64,000 nucleotides of DNA from Octopus sinensis (Eukaryota). The stretch is taken from assembly GCF_006345805.1 (NCBI RefSeq), contig NC_042999.1, positions 79,050,001-79,114,000 of the forward strand, in the 5' to 3' direction. Shown in pieces: positions 53,471-64,000 of the stretch. The number at the start of each line of letters is the position of its first letter. The first letter of the stretch is position 1. The notes under the pieces are model-generated. The model was not told where the DNA came from. It made no database searches and worked only from the letters and a program-made list of their open reading frames with translations. The position numbers were made by a program, and so were the translations under genes.

Positions 53471-54316
53471 GGCTGTGCTCGGGTATGTACACATTCACAT
53501 GTAAAATCGCATATAAAAACAAAAGTCTCTGCATATCTGTGCGGGTGGGTGGGGCGCGTGTGGATGAACATGCATGTACGTACATCAAGTTATAAGAGGT
53601 CAGCATGTAATCGGTCTCCAGTAAGCAGAATTTCTAGCAATCTCCAACAACTAGACAAATATACCAGTTACCTTAGACTATGTTTCCGACTGGATCTGTT
53701 CATTATACAGGGGGGAAATGTACTTTTCCAACGACACTGTGAGACCTAAATGCACAAGTAATTTCCCCTGCGATGTGGTTCAAGGATTCTGGATTTCAGA
53801 TGAATGGTGCCGCTACGGGTACTTGTGCTAATGCACATGTGCGACGATGACATTCAACCATTCTGCTGTTTACTCGCTCGCGGAAACATACGAGTGGTAT
53901 TGAGTGCTATTGTATAGGTGTTAGTAGTCGCCCGGTGATGCTGATCTTTAAGAATTGTAGTCATCAAAGGGAAAACATTTGAAGAAGATGATGATCAAAG
54001 TCCCTCACTCTCTCTCTCTCTCTCTCTCTTTCTCTCTTCTATGTCTGTATATACATATATATATATTATATATATATATCTAATGAGGATAATTTTTTAA
54101 AATTTTTTCGAAAAAATCAATGGCCAGCATATTAAAAAATACCTTAGACGGTTAAATTTATAAACAATTCATAAATGAGGGCAAAGGAAAAAATTTCTAA
54201 TGCCAAATATGCCGAAAAATTGGACATATTGTCCAAAAACCATATAATTTTTTCACAATACGCATGCTACTCGAAAAAAGGTCGACAGACATTTCTAAAA
54301 AATTCCATTATTACCA

Positions 54317-54369
54317 TATCGGACCGATTTCAGAGTTTGCTACTAAGAGCTCTCTCTTCGTCAGTGATA
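54317..54369 (-). ncRNA. Hammerhead motif (left-arm copy)
   Basis: Minus strand: tatca-CTGACGA-AGAG...CTCT-GAAA-TCGG-TC-cgata. Confidence 0.65.
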
Positions 54370-54653
54370 CATGTGGCAAAAGAAATAAATGAGATACTTA
54401 CTCATACCCATGGAAGAATTTTTCGAAAAAATATTTTCTCGAAAGAAATTTTATCCTCATTAGATATAAATTTAAACGTTCACTTCCGGACTATCTCACT
54501 CTGTGAGGGCCTCAGTTCAAATCGCACGTGTCTCGAATGGGCTGGAGTATTTCTATTTTGGATGTATTTGGGGTACTTAGTTGTGCTCATGACTTAGTGT
54601 TTGCTTCTTCCATGGGTATGAGTAAATATCTCATTTATTTCTTTTGCCACATG

Positions 54654-54706
54654 TATCACTGACGAAGAGAGGGCTCTTAGTAGCTAACTCTGAAATCGGT
54701 CCGATA
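54654..54706 (+). ncRNA. Hammerhead motif (right-arm copy)
   Basis: tatca-CTGACGA-AGAG-agggctcttagtagctaa-CTCT-GAAA-TCGG-TC-cgata; A-C mismatch at the first stem I pair. Confidence 0.65.
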
Positions 54707-54857
54707 TGGTAATAATGGAATTTTTTAGAAATGTCTGTCGACCTTTTTTCGAGTAGCGTGCGTATTGTGAAATAATTATATGGTTAATGGACAATATGTC
54801 CTATTTTTCGGCATATTTGGCATTAGAAATTTTTCCCTTTGCCCTCATTTATGGAAA

Positions 54858-54893
<36 letters not shown>

Positions 54894-54943
54894 TGTGTGT
54901 GTTGTGTGTGTGAAAAAATATATTTATCTGAATATATCAGTAC

Positions 54944-55090
54944 GTGGCTGTGTGGTAAGAAGCTTACTCCCAAAACACATGGTTCCAGGTTTAGAGTCCC
55001 ACCTTCGGCAAATGTTCTCTACTATGGCCTCTGGCCGACCAAAACCTTCTGAGTGGATTTGGTAGACAAAAGCTGAAAGAAACGAAATCC

Positions 55091-55128
<38 letters not shown>

Positions 55129-55642
55129 TATATAATATATATAGTATATATATATAATATATATATATATGTATGTATGCATGTATATGTTTGTGTGTCT
55201 ATGTTTGTTCCCCCATCATTGCTTTACAACCGATGTTGGTGCTTTTACGTCCCCGTAACTTAGCGGTTCGGCAAAAGAAACCGATAGAATAAATACTATG
55301 CTTATTAAAATTAAGTCCTGGGGTCGATTTGTTCTACTAAATGTGGTGCTCCAGCATGGCCGCAATCAAAATGATTGAAACAAATAAAAGAATAAAAGAA
55401 TATATCATGTATACACACACTTACATATATATATACATACATATATACACACAAATACAAACACATACGAGGTAAGTAGCTTGATTCCCACATGGCTCCG
55501 GATTAAGCTCCACTGCGTGGCACTTGGATAAGTCTCGTGTACTTACAGCCATGGAGTTACCAAAGATTTGTGAGTCTATTTGGTAGACAGAAAATGAAAG
55601 AATCCCGTCAAATACATACATACGTGTACACACGCGCATACA

Positions 55643-55716
<74 letters not shown>

Positions 55717-55915
55717 GTATACGTGTTCGTGTGTATGTGTCTATCTTTGTCCCTCATCACCGTTGGTTTGTTTACGTTCTCAGCAAAAACCGACTGAAAG
55801 AATAAGTACGAAGCTTAAAAAAGTCCCGGAGTCGATTTATTCGACTTATCACCTTTAAAGGCAGTGCTCCAGCATGGCTACAGTCTAACGACTGAAATAA
55901 GTAAAAGTAACAAAA
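54944..55915 (+). mobile_element. Two tandem diverged family A SINEs (54944-55398; 55471-55915)
   Basis: Each has the GAGT(G/C)..TTTGGTAGAC and GTGCTCCAGCATGGC motifs. Confidence 0.82.
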
Positions 55916-56414
55916 GACACACAAAGCATGATTTTTTCTTTTGTTTCCTCTTTGTACATATGAGGTAAGTCATTTACCGACATCAGCGCTATCGACACCA
56001 TGCCATCACCAAACACGGGAACTCCACCCTAATACTACGCACATACACATGAACTCAACTGCATATACAACGCGCTAAACTAGTACTTTCTTTATCCCCC
56101 GAATAACACCACCACCATCATCACCACCACCACCACCACCACCACCACCACTACACAAATTCACACCCTTTATTATATTTACACTCACTCCTACCTCTTT
56201 CTTTGTCTCTGCCTCCCCTTTGCACATGTACACAAAAGCTGTTCACCCGACCCATCGACCCAACCACACTTAAACGTCTGTTGTTCCTTTTTTGTTATTT
56301 AATTTTCCACCATATACCCAACTGTAATATTTCACTTGACCTTACCCGCCTACAAAATGGCTGCTTCCCGCCTTGCTCACACGCATCCACACACGCACAC
56401 ACACACGCACACAC

Positions 56415-56473
<59 letters not shown>

Positions 56474-57224
56474 TCTATGTATACGCTTTAAAAAATTTTA
56501 GTGAATATATTTATTTATTCTTGTTTTCTCAACACTTAATTATTCTTTATCTTTCTTTTTTGAACCATGTGTAATTATTATTATTTGGCAGAGAAGGGCA
56601 AACGTATGACAGTCGGGATGGGGCTACAGAATACATACAATGCCTGTTTTGCACTATTCATTTACACATTTTCTGAGTTTTGAGCTCAAATCTAGCCGCA
56701 GTGAAGTTGTGACTTCCACCATTTCAGATTCGATTAAATAAGTACTTAACGTTTACGCAACATGCAAAGAACGGCGGAGTGACAGACTGTCTGTATTGGT
56801 TGATGGCATATAATTCCTTGTTCGGGATGTCGTTACGTTCCATTACGATCTGAATTCTGCGTTTTAATTTTATGCTATTTTCGCAGAGATCGACGAAGTA
56901 ATTTCCAGTTCAGCGCAGTTTTCAATATAAACAAAAACCAATTTTGAAATGTGTTTTCTGATACATAAGCAAAAAACAAAAAAAAAAAAGAGATTAATAT
57001 GATAAAATTATTTGTGCTATTCTATGTGTATCAGTCATTAGGCTGCTGCCATGCTGGAACAACTCGTCGAGGAACTTTTAGTCGAATTAATCGACCCAAG
57101 TACATATTTTTTTGAAGCAATGCCACTTATTCTATCTGTCTCATTTGCCGAACAGCTAATGTTACGGGGGCGTAAACATAATACAAGTGGTGGTGGTGGG
57201 GATTAAAGACAGGCACAATTGTGC

Positions 57225-57256
<32 letters not shown>

Positions 57257-57267
57257 TATAAATATAT

Positions 57268-57441
57268 TTGCACGAAGCCAGCAATTTAGGGGGAGTGGTT
57301 GAGTCGCTTACATCAACTCCTGTGCAAAACTGGTGCTTTTTTTTCTGCAACTCAAAAGGATGAAAGGCAAAGGCGACCTTAGAGTAATTTGAACTTACAA
57401 GACGAATGAAATGTCGCTAAGCATATGCCCAGGATGCTAAC
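57268..57441 (-). mobile_element. Degenerate family B SINE
   Basis: AAAGGATGAAAGGCAAAGGCGACCT..ATTTGAACT. Confidence 0.7.
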
Positions 57442-57472
<31 letters not shown>

Positions 57473-57837
57473 GTATATATAAACAAAGTACATATATATA
57501 TATATATATATACATATATGACTCGTATTACTACCTCAGTCAATCTAAATGTATATGTTTGCCGTTACCTGTCGTAAATAGCCTTTTTCTATTTGCAATA
57601 TGCATTTTCGTTGAAATTTTTTAATTTTTTACCCTTACATTTCCACGTGTATTCTATATTTTCTTTTCGGAACATATTTCTACCATATATATATATAATA
57701 TATATATATAATATATATATATATATATAAAGTTAATCCAAACAAGAAAACACAAAAAAAACAAAAAACACAACAACGCAAGGACGACAACAAATAAAAG
57801 TATTATAGGACGCTCAGGAAAGAAGAGAAGAAGGAGG

Positions 57838-57872
57838 GTTCAACGTTTCGAGCGGAGCTCTTCGTCGGAAAC
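57838..57872 (-). ncRNA. Minimal hammerhead variant (CCGACGA core) in element about 57730-57960
   Basis: Minus strand: gttt-CCGACGA-A-GAGC-tcc-GCTC-GAAA-CG-TT-gaac. Confidence 0.62.
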
Positions 57873-58407
57873 ATAGGAGAAGGAAAGATCCCGAGAAGGG
57901 AAGACAGAGGAAAAAAAACGCCAGCGGTACTCACGAGGTCACATATTGAAAAACCGGAAGTAGATATATATGTGTGTGTGTGTGTGTATGTAAGTAAATA
58001 TATATAGATATACACACGTGCATACATAGACATTTCATCAAAGTGTCGATGAGAATTTACAGGCATCATAAAAATGTAACTACCATCGGTAGATCATATT
58101 TATATTTTTCATGTATAGGAAAGATGAATTTTAATGAATACGTATATACGACCTTAAAACCAACCTGAATCTGTACAAAATTATTCGGGCGTGCTTGTGT
58201 GTGTGTGTGTTGTGTGTGTGTTGTGTATGCATGTGTGTGTGTGCGTATGTATGTGTGTGTATAAATAACTAAAGAAACGAAAGTAGGGTACTCAGCACAT
58301 TGATTAGGAATTACCTTTATGGATCAAAATACTTTGATCCAATCTCCTTAGTACTCTGAGTTTCGAACGTGATGCTAGTCTTCGGCCATTGGAATTTGAT
58401 TCAAATT

Positions 58408-58491
<84 letters not shown>

Positions 58492-58527
58492 GCTAGCTAG
58501 CTAGATATATCTATACATATACGTATA

Positions 58528-58605
58528 TACATATGTTTCGAAGACAACATTTGTTTTATTCCAAAGGAATAAACGGTGTAAAATGCAATCTTCTCATCAG
58601 GAAAG
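58528..58605 (-). ncRNA. Hammerhead core whose sequence ends at the cleavage triplet
   Basis: Minus strand: CTGATGA-GAAGA-(extended stem, inner tttattcc/ggaataaa hairpin)-TCTTC-GAAAC-ATAT-GTA, then microsatellite; the stem I 3' strand is absent. Confidence 0.75.
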
Positions 58606-60224
58606 AAAGAGAGCCTGTCTCAACAACAAGACATTATAACAATTTCGATGACTGCATAAATAATGAACAGAACGTTATTAAATATTTTTAAAAACCGTTT
58701 GTAGATTCGACGTCAAAGGCAGATACATGAACGAGAAGGGGTAAAGAAATAATAAGTAGAGAACAAATAAAGAGGGATACATATGTCGAAAATAAAAGAA
58801 TTTGAATAGCACCTGCATTCAGCTCCATTTATTTACTTATACTACACAAGTTACTGCGCATTTACCCGGAGTTTCTACCTTTGAAAAGATCGCTACATCC
58901 TTGTTACTTGCGTGGATTTTGCTACCCTGGTAACTGTTTATTGAATTTTCCATGTTAACGGTAAACAAAGGATAATTTATTCATCCATATATATATATAT
59001 ATATATACGCATTGAGTCGAAGCAGGGGCAGCTGAAGAAGGGGAATGTTCCTTGTGTTGTTTGTCTTGTACTCTGTTTTTTCGTTGTTAAAAAAAGGTCC
59101 GTTTCCTTGTTTGGTTTTATGTTTTCGTTTCTCGTTATTTGTGGTGTCCTGTACTCATATATGCATGTATATATACATATAGATGTAGGTATGTACACAT
59201 ATGTATGTATGTATGCATATGTTTTATTTATTAAATTGTTATGATATATTTATATATATATATCAATTAGAGTATTTAAGTTGACAGGAAGAATCGGCAA
59301 ATGATCTCATTGTTTTATTTTATTAACTAGCAAGCGTAGATTCAGAGTTCGAATACGGTATGGAAGCCTAATGTTCGTATTACTGTCTCAAGTTTATAGC
59401 TATTAAATTTGTACTATTAGATTTTGTCTCCTTTGAATTTGACCTTTTAACCCCTATAAATAATTTTCGTGAAACAACTATAAAAGCATAGGGATAGCAA
59501 CATTTGGTTGATGATGATGATGATGATGCTGACGATGATACAGAGAGGAGAGAGGAGTGGAAAGATCTTGGTGAGGATTAAGACCATAATGGTCGGGAGT
59601 ACGATGAATTTTGTTGAAGCTAATGAGTAGGACTGGGCTGGGATGATGGTCATGACGATGATGACGCCACCATCATCATCAACGGCAGCAGCCACACTAG
59701 CAACCGCAGCCGCAGCAGGAGCCGTAGCCGCAGCCGCCGCCGCAGCACCAGCAGCAGCATCAGTAGTAGCAGTAGCAACAATATCAACAGAGAAAATGAT
59801 GATGATAATGGTGGTGGTGGCACTGATGATGCTGATGAGGAGAGAGGAGGATAAGTTTCGAGAAAGAACAGTAACATCAACAACCATAACAGCACCGAAA
59901 AGGTTTAGTAAACTGTAAAATGATTCTACATTAGCGTTTCAACGTGTAATCCTTATCAGTGTGTGTGTGTGTGTGTGTTTGTCTGTCTGTGTGTGTGTGT
60001 GTGCATGTCTATGTAGTGTGTGTATATGTGTGCATGAGCGCGGGTGTCTGGGAGGAATATACGAAAAGAAAACGACGGTTATCACCTACAATACACGTAT
60101 GGTTAAAAGTACATCACCACACACTCGTGCACACAACACACATACACATATGCATACATACATACATACATACATACATACATACATACATACATACATA
60201 CAAACATACATACATACATACATA

Positions 60225-60782
60225 GATTGTGGAAATCAGCTACCCAGCTGATGTGAACATAAATCTGTAGAAAAAGAGACTACCAACGTTGGACTATTGA
60301 GAAATCTGCTCTATGCAGATTTATACCGATAATTATTAGGGTATTTAGGATTTATACCTGTAATTATTGGGGTACTAGGATTTGTAACAAATTGCTTAAA
60401 TACCAATCTTGAGAAATTAGGCTTCTCAAAATCAGAAAGGGGAGAGCTGATTCGAAGACTATCGGTCCAAGCCATCACTGGAACTGTAAAAATCTGTAAA
60501 ACTTTCCAGAAGTTTATCACTTGAGTATATAGGAACATGTCTAAATATGTAAGTATATGCATGAGAAAACTTACATAAAATAAAACATACAAATATGCAC
60601 TTATACATACATACATACATACATACATACATACATACATACATACATACATACATACATACATACACATATACAAAAATAGCCTGTTGTTTGTGTCGAA
60701 ATTCCAATGAAGGTGCCTTGGGTCTAGGTTAGAAACCGGCTCTTTCTCTGTTGGCAAGCAATATTGAAATAAAACTGAAGAA
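60225..60782 (+). mobile_element. RLE-type LINE 3' fragment within (TACA)n
   Basis: IVEISYPADVNI, FIPVIIGVLGFVTNCLNTNLEKLGF, LIRRLSVQAITGTVKICKTF, stop at 60522-60524; 3' UTR with internal (TACA)n. Confidence 0.82.
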
Positions 60783-61254
60783 TACATACATACAAACGTG
60801 CATGCACACACATACACACACACACATACACGCGTGTATACAAACGTACCAACATGTAGAACCATAGAAGCAAAGATATAACTACATAGAAACCAATATA
60901 AACACACACATATATATTTGCATGTATGCGTGTATGTACGTACGTATGTATATATGTATATGTGTGTTTGAGTGTGTGCGAGTGTGTGTGAGTGTGTTGT
61001 TCTCTGTATATGTGTATGGCATTAAATCGCACCCTAGATTAAACTGTCACTATGCCTTCTACGGATGACTTGTCTTTCACCAGATTACTTCCCGTTGACA
61101 CCTCGACTTTTGGTTGCCAGAAATAGAGTTTGGGTTTTTACTCTCTTTCATGTTTCTACTATAACTTTCACTATATTCTTTCGATTCGGACTTTCTACAT
61201 TTACAAATGTTGCACCCCCACCCACACAAAACTAGTTATGAAGCCGATATTTTA

Positions 61255-61390
61255 CACTCAAAGTTCAAACACCGTTGCAGTGAATTTATCATCCTTTCAG
61301 GGTCGATAAAATTAGTACCAGATAAGCTCTGGGGTCGATATTATCGACTTTGCTTCTGCCCTTTGAAATTGCTGGTCTTGTGTCAAAGTT
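61255..61390 (+). mobile_element. Partial family B SINE
   Basis: TCATCCTTTCAGGGTCGATAAAATTAGTACCAG. Confidence 0.75.
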
Positions 61391-61404
61391 AGGATCTATT
61401 ATTA

Positions 61405-61978
61405 AGTGAGAGAGCAATGCTTGCCATCAAAGTAACACTGCAATACAAATATACAAAGTGCAATGTATTCACCATGACTTCCCGTCTGATAAGGGTACAC
61501 GAGGCACATGCATCATAATCATATGAGCGTGACATGATGAATTTTTATCAAGATAAATAACGCATGATCTTATATCAAGATAAATAATGCGTGATAAATA
61601 ACGCAAGTGGTCCCAGCAAAATATTTCTTCAGGTCGAGTGACACATCCTGCTCAAACGTCCCAAAAGAAGATGAACGAAACACCCATATTTCCAGGAGTG
61701 AATTATTCAAACCCGAAAGAATTCCTCTCAACACATGGCTATTATGTACATCACTATTCCTGCACGTGATGAGAGATGCATCAGACACTAAGCGACATGT
61801 TCATCTGGTTAAGGTCAATCAAATGACAAGCAAATTTGCGGTGTTGAGTAGAATATTTGTTGCAGCCCATCTTTTGTACTAAAAAAGGAGAGAAAAAAAA
61901 AAACAAAACAAAACAAAATAACATCTAAATGTTAACACTTCTAATCAGTTAAGTTCAGAAGCCATTAAAGCCACTACG
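61405..61978 (+). mobile_element. Family E repeat
   Basis: Colinear with 22632-23208. Confidence 0.8.
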
Positions 61979-62245
61979 CTGGCAGAATCATTAGCACGCC
62001 AGGACAAAGCGGAATACTCGTGTCTGATAGAGATTACGTCAACGAAAGTACAGCACTTACTAGCAAGATTTACTTGCTTATGAGATACAGACTTGTGTAG
62101 GTGTATGAATCCAATCCAAATCACACACGTACACACACATGCACATACACTAGCACACACACAGAACCGCATTCACAGATGGCCTCTAATCTCATCACCT
62201 ATTTTTACATTGAATCTCTTCTCGTATTTTCCATCTATATTTTCC

Positions 62246-62277
62246 TTCTGATGCAGGACTAACTTCCGAAACGTCAA
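62246..62277 (+). ncRNA. Degenerate minimal hammerhead
   Basis: tt-CTGATGC-A-GGA-ctaact-TCC-GAAA-CG-TC-aa; A9 is altered and stem I is only 2 bp. Confidence 0.45.
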
Positions 62278-62766
62278 TACTCTTTGCCTGTTATCGTGCG
62301 AATCTGCATGTGCAGGATGCAATAAAGGAAATGAGAAGCGTGAGAAATGGGTGTAGATCTAGATCTTAATTTATTCACATAGATAACTAGATAAATAGAT
62401 GGATAGAGAGAGAGAGAGAGAGAGGCAGAGAGAAAGAGGAAAAGAGAGAGAGAGGAAGAGAGAGAGAGAGAGGACGAGAGAGAGAGGGTGAGAGAGGTGG
62501 AGAGAGAGGAGGGGCAGAAGGAGAAAAGTCAAAGTGGGAAAATGCACAGAACCATATTGAAAGCGAATCTCCCATCTCTCAAAGCAATTTTAGAAATTAT
62601 GGAGTGATAAATTATATTCTAAAAACGAAATGAAAATTTATGAAGAAATCAGTAACAAAAATTAAACAGCAAACAATAAAAATGCAAAAACGTAAGTATG
62701 CCTGCAAAGAAATTTATGTTCCTATTTCTCTGGAGTGTAGTTATATGAGTGATTATATAGCTAATA

Positions 62767-62831
<65 letters not shown>

Positions 62832-62857
62832 GTGTGTGTGTTGTGTGTGTGTGTGTG

Positions 62858-62896
<39 letters not shown>

Positions 62897-62897
62897 A

Positions 62898-62935
<38 letters not shown>

Positions 62936-63779
62936 CTGTGTATTATATATATATATACACCCATACACACACATACGCACAAACAAACATGTCTGTGTAC
63001 GCTCCGGTTGTGCGTGTGTGCGCGCGCCGGTTGTGTATGTGTGTGCGTATGAGTGTTTACGTGTATGTATGAGCTTATGTGGGTGTGTATACATGGAGAT
63101 AGAGAAGTAAGGTATGTGAATTCATATTCGTTTACATATATACTTATATAAAGATATAACTAGAAAATCAGAAAAGCCGATAAATAGTTAGTTTTGGAAG
63201 AGTGAATCTCGAAGCACATAAAGCTATAAACAATACCATGCAAATATTGAGTTGAAAAAATTCTTGGATCAAAAAAAGTTGGAGGGTGCCCATGGAACAC
63301 GAACCCAATATTTACATACTATTCTTTATAGCTACATCTATTTCAAGATAAAAGAAGAATTATTTCACGTTGTCTCGAGTTTCTATAAATTCTTATGGCG
63401 TCAATTGCATGTATATGTGCGTGTGTGTGTGACATCAATTGTACGTATGTAATGTGTGTGTGTGTGTGTGTGTGATGTCAGTTGTATGTATATGTGTGCG
63501 CGCGTATGTAATGTATACGTACAATATATACATATATACATACAAACATACATACACACATGCATACACACATTCTTATATATGTGTGTGGGTATGTGTA
63601 TGTATGCTTATGCATTAAGTGTGCGTATATTTCTACTTCGTGCATAACTTAATATATCTGTATGGCGAGAGGTGGTGTATATATGTGTGTGTCTGTATTA
63701 TGTCTGTATATCTATCTATCTATCATCTATCTATCTATCTATATCTATCTATCTATCTGCTATCTATTAATCTATCTAC

Positions 63780-63852
<73 letters not shown>

Positions 63853-64000
63853 ATCTCTCTATAAATATAATGGCTACCGAATAATTGCACATTATATTTA
63901 CAGATAAATCCTCTGTTTACAGAGAATCGAGGTCTCTTTCATTCTTTTGTTGTCTTACCATTTCTATTAATACATACATACATGCATACATGATACATAC

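Larger units (their letters stand above)
54075..54853. mobile_element. Penelope/retrozyme-like element with 249-bp inverted arms (54170-54418 and 54605-54853), each carrying a hammerhead
   Basis: The arms are near-perfect reverse complements; spacer 54419-54468 is an inverted copy of about 54075-54116; (TA)n flanks. Confidence 0.85.

Noticed and set aside
59447-59918. Poly-Ala ORFs
   Set aside because: Degenerate (GCA/GCC/TGA)n tract open on both strands.

Overview
AT-rich, microsatellite-saturated eukaryotic DNA with no host gene that I can support. The repeat repertoire looks like octopod cephalopod (Octopus-type) intergenic or intronic DNA; the taxon is an inference. Almost all ORF-track entries are translations of (TA)n, (CA)n, (TACA)n, (TAA)n or (TGA)n repeats. 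Real content: four tRNA-derived SINE families, 5'-truncated RLE-type (R4/Dong-like) LINEs in (TAA)n and (TACA)n tracts, RTE LINE fragments, a Tc1 transposase relic, a hAT MITE with an 8-bp TSD, two non-autonomous Helitrons and a decayed Penelope GIY-YIG fragment. The most striking layer is invisible in the ORF track: about 15 minimal type I hammerhead-ribozyme motifs (CUGANGA...GAAA...UH, several with palindromic stem-III loops) from sequence-unrelated families, mostly inside short non-coding elements in (TA)n. Some of these elements are terminally redundant or circularly permuted (monomers of about 347 and 480 nt with hammerheads, and 814 nt with only a relic). This suggests a diverse retrozyme or non-autonomous Penelope system that may run through self-cleaving, possibly circular RNAs. 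Activity is not demonstrated.
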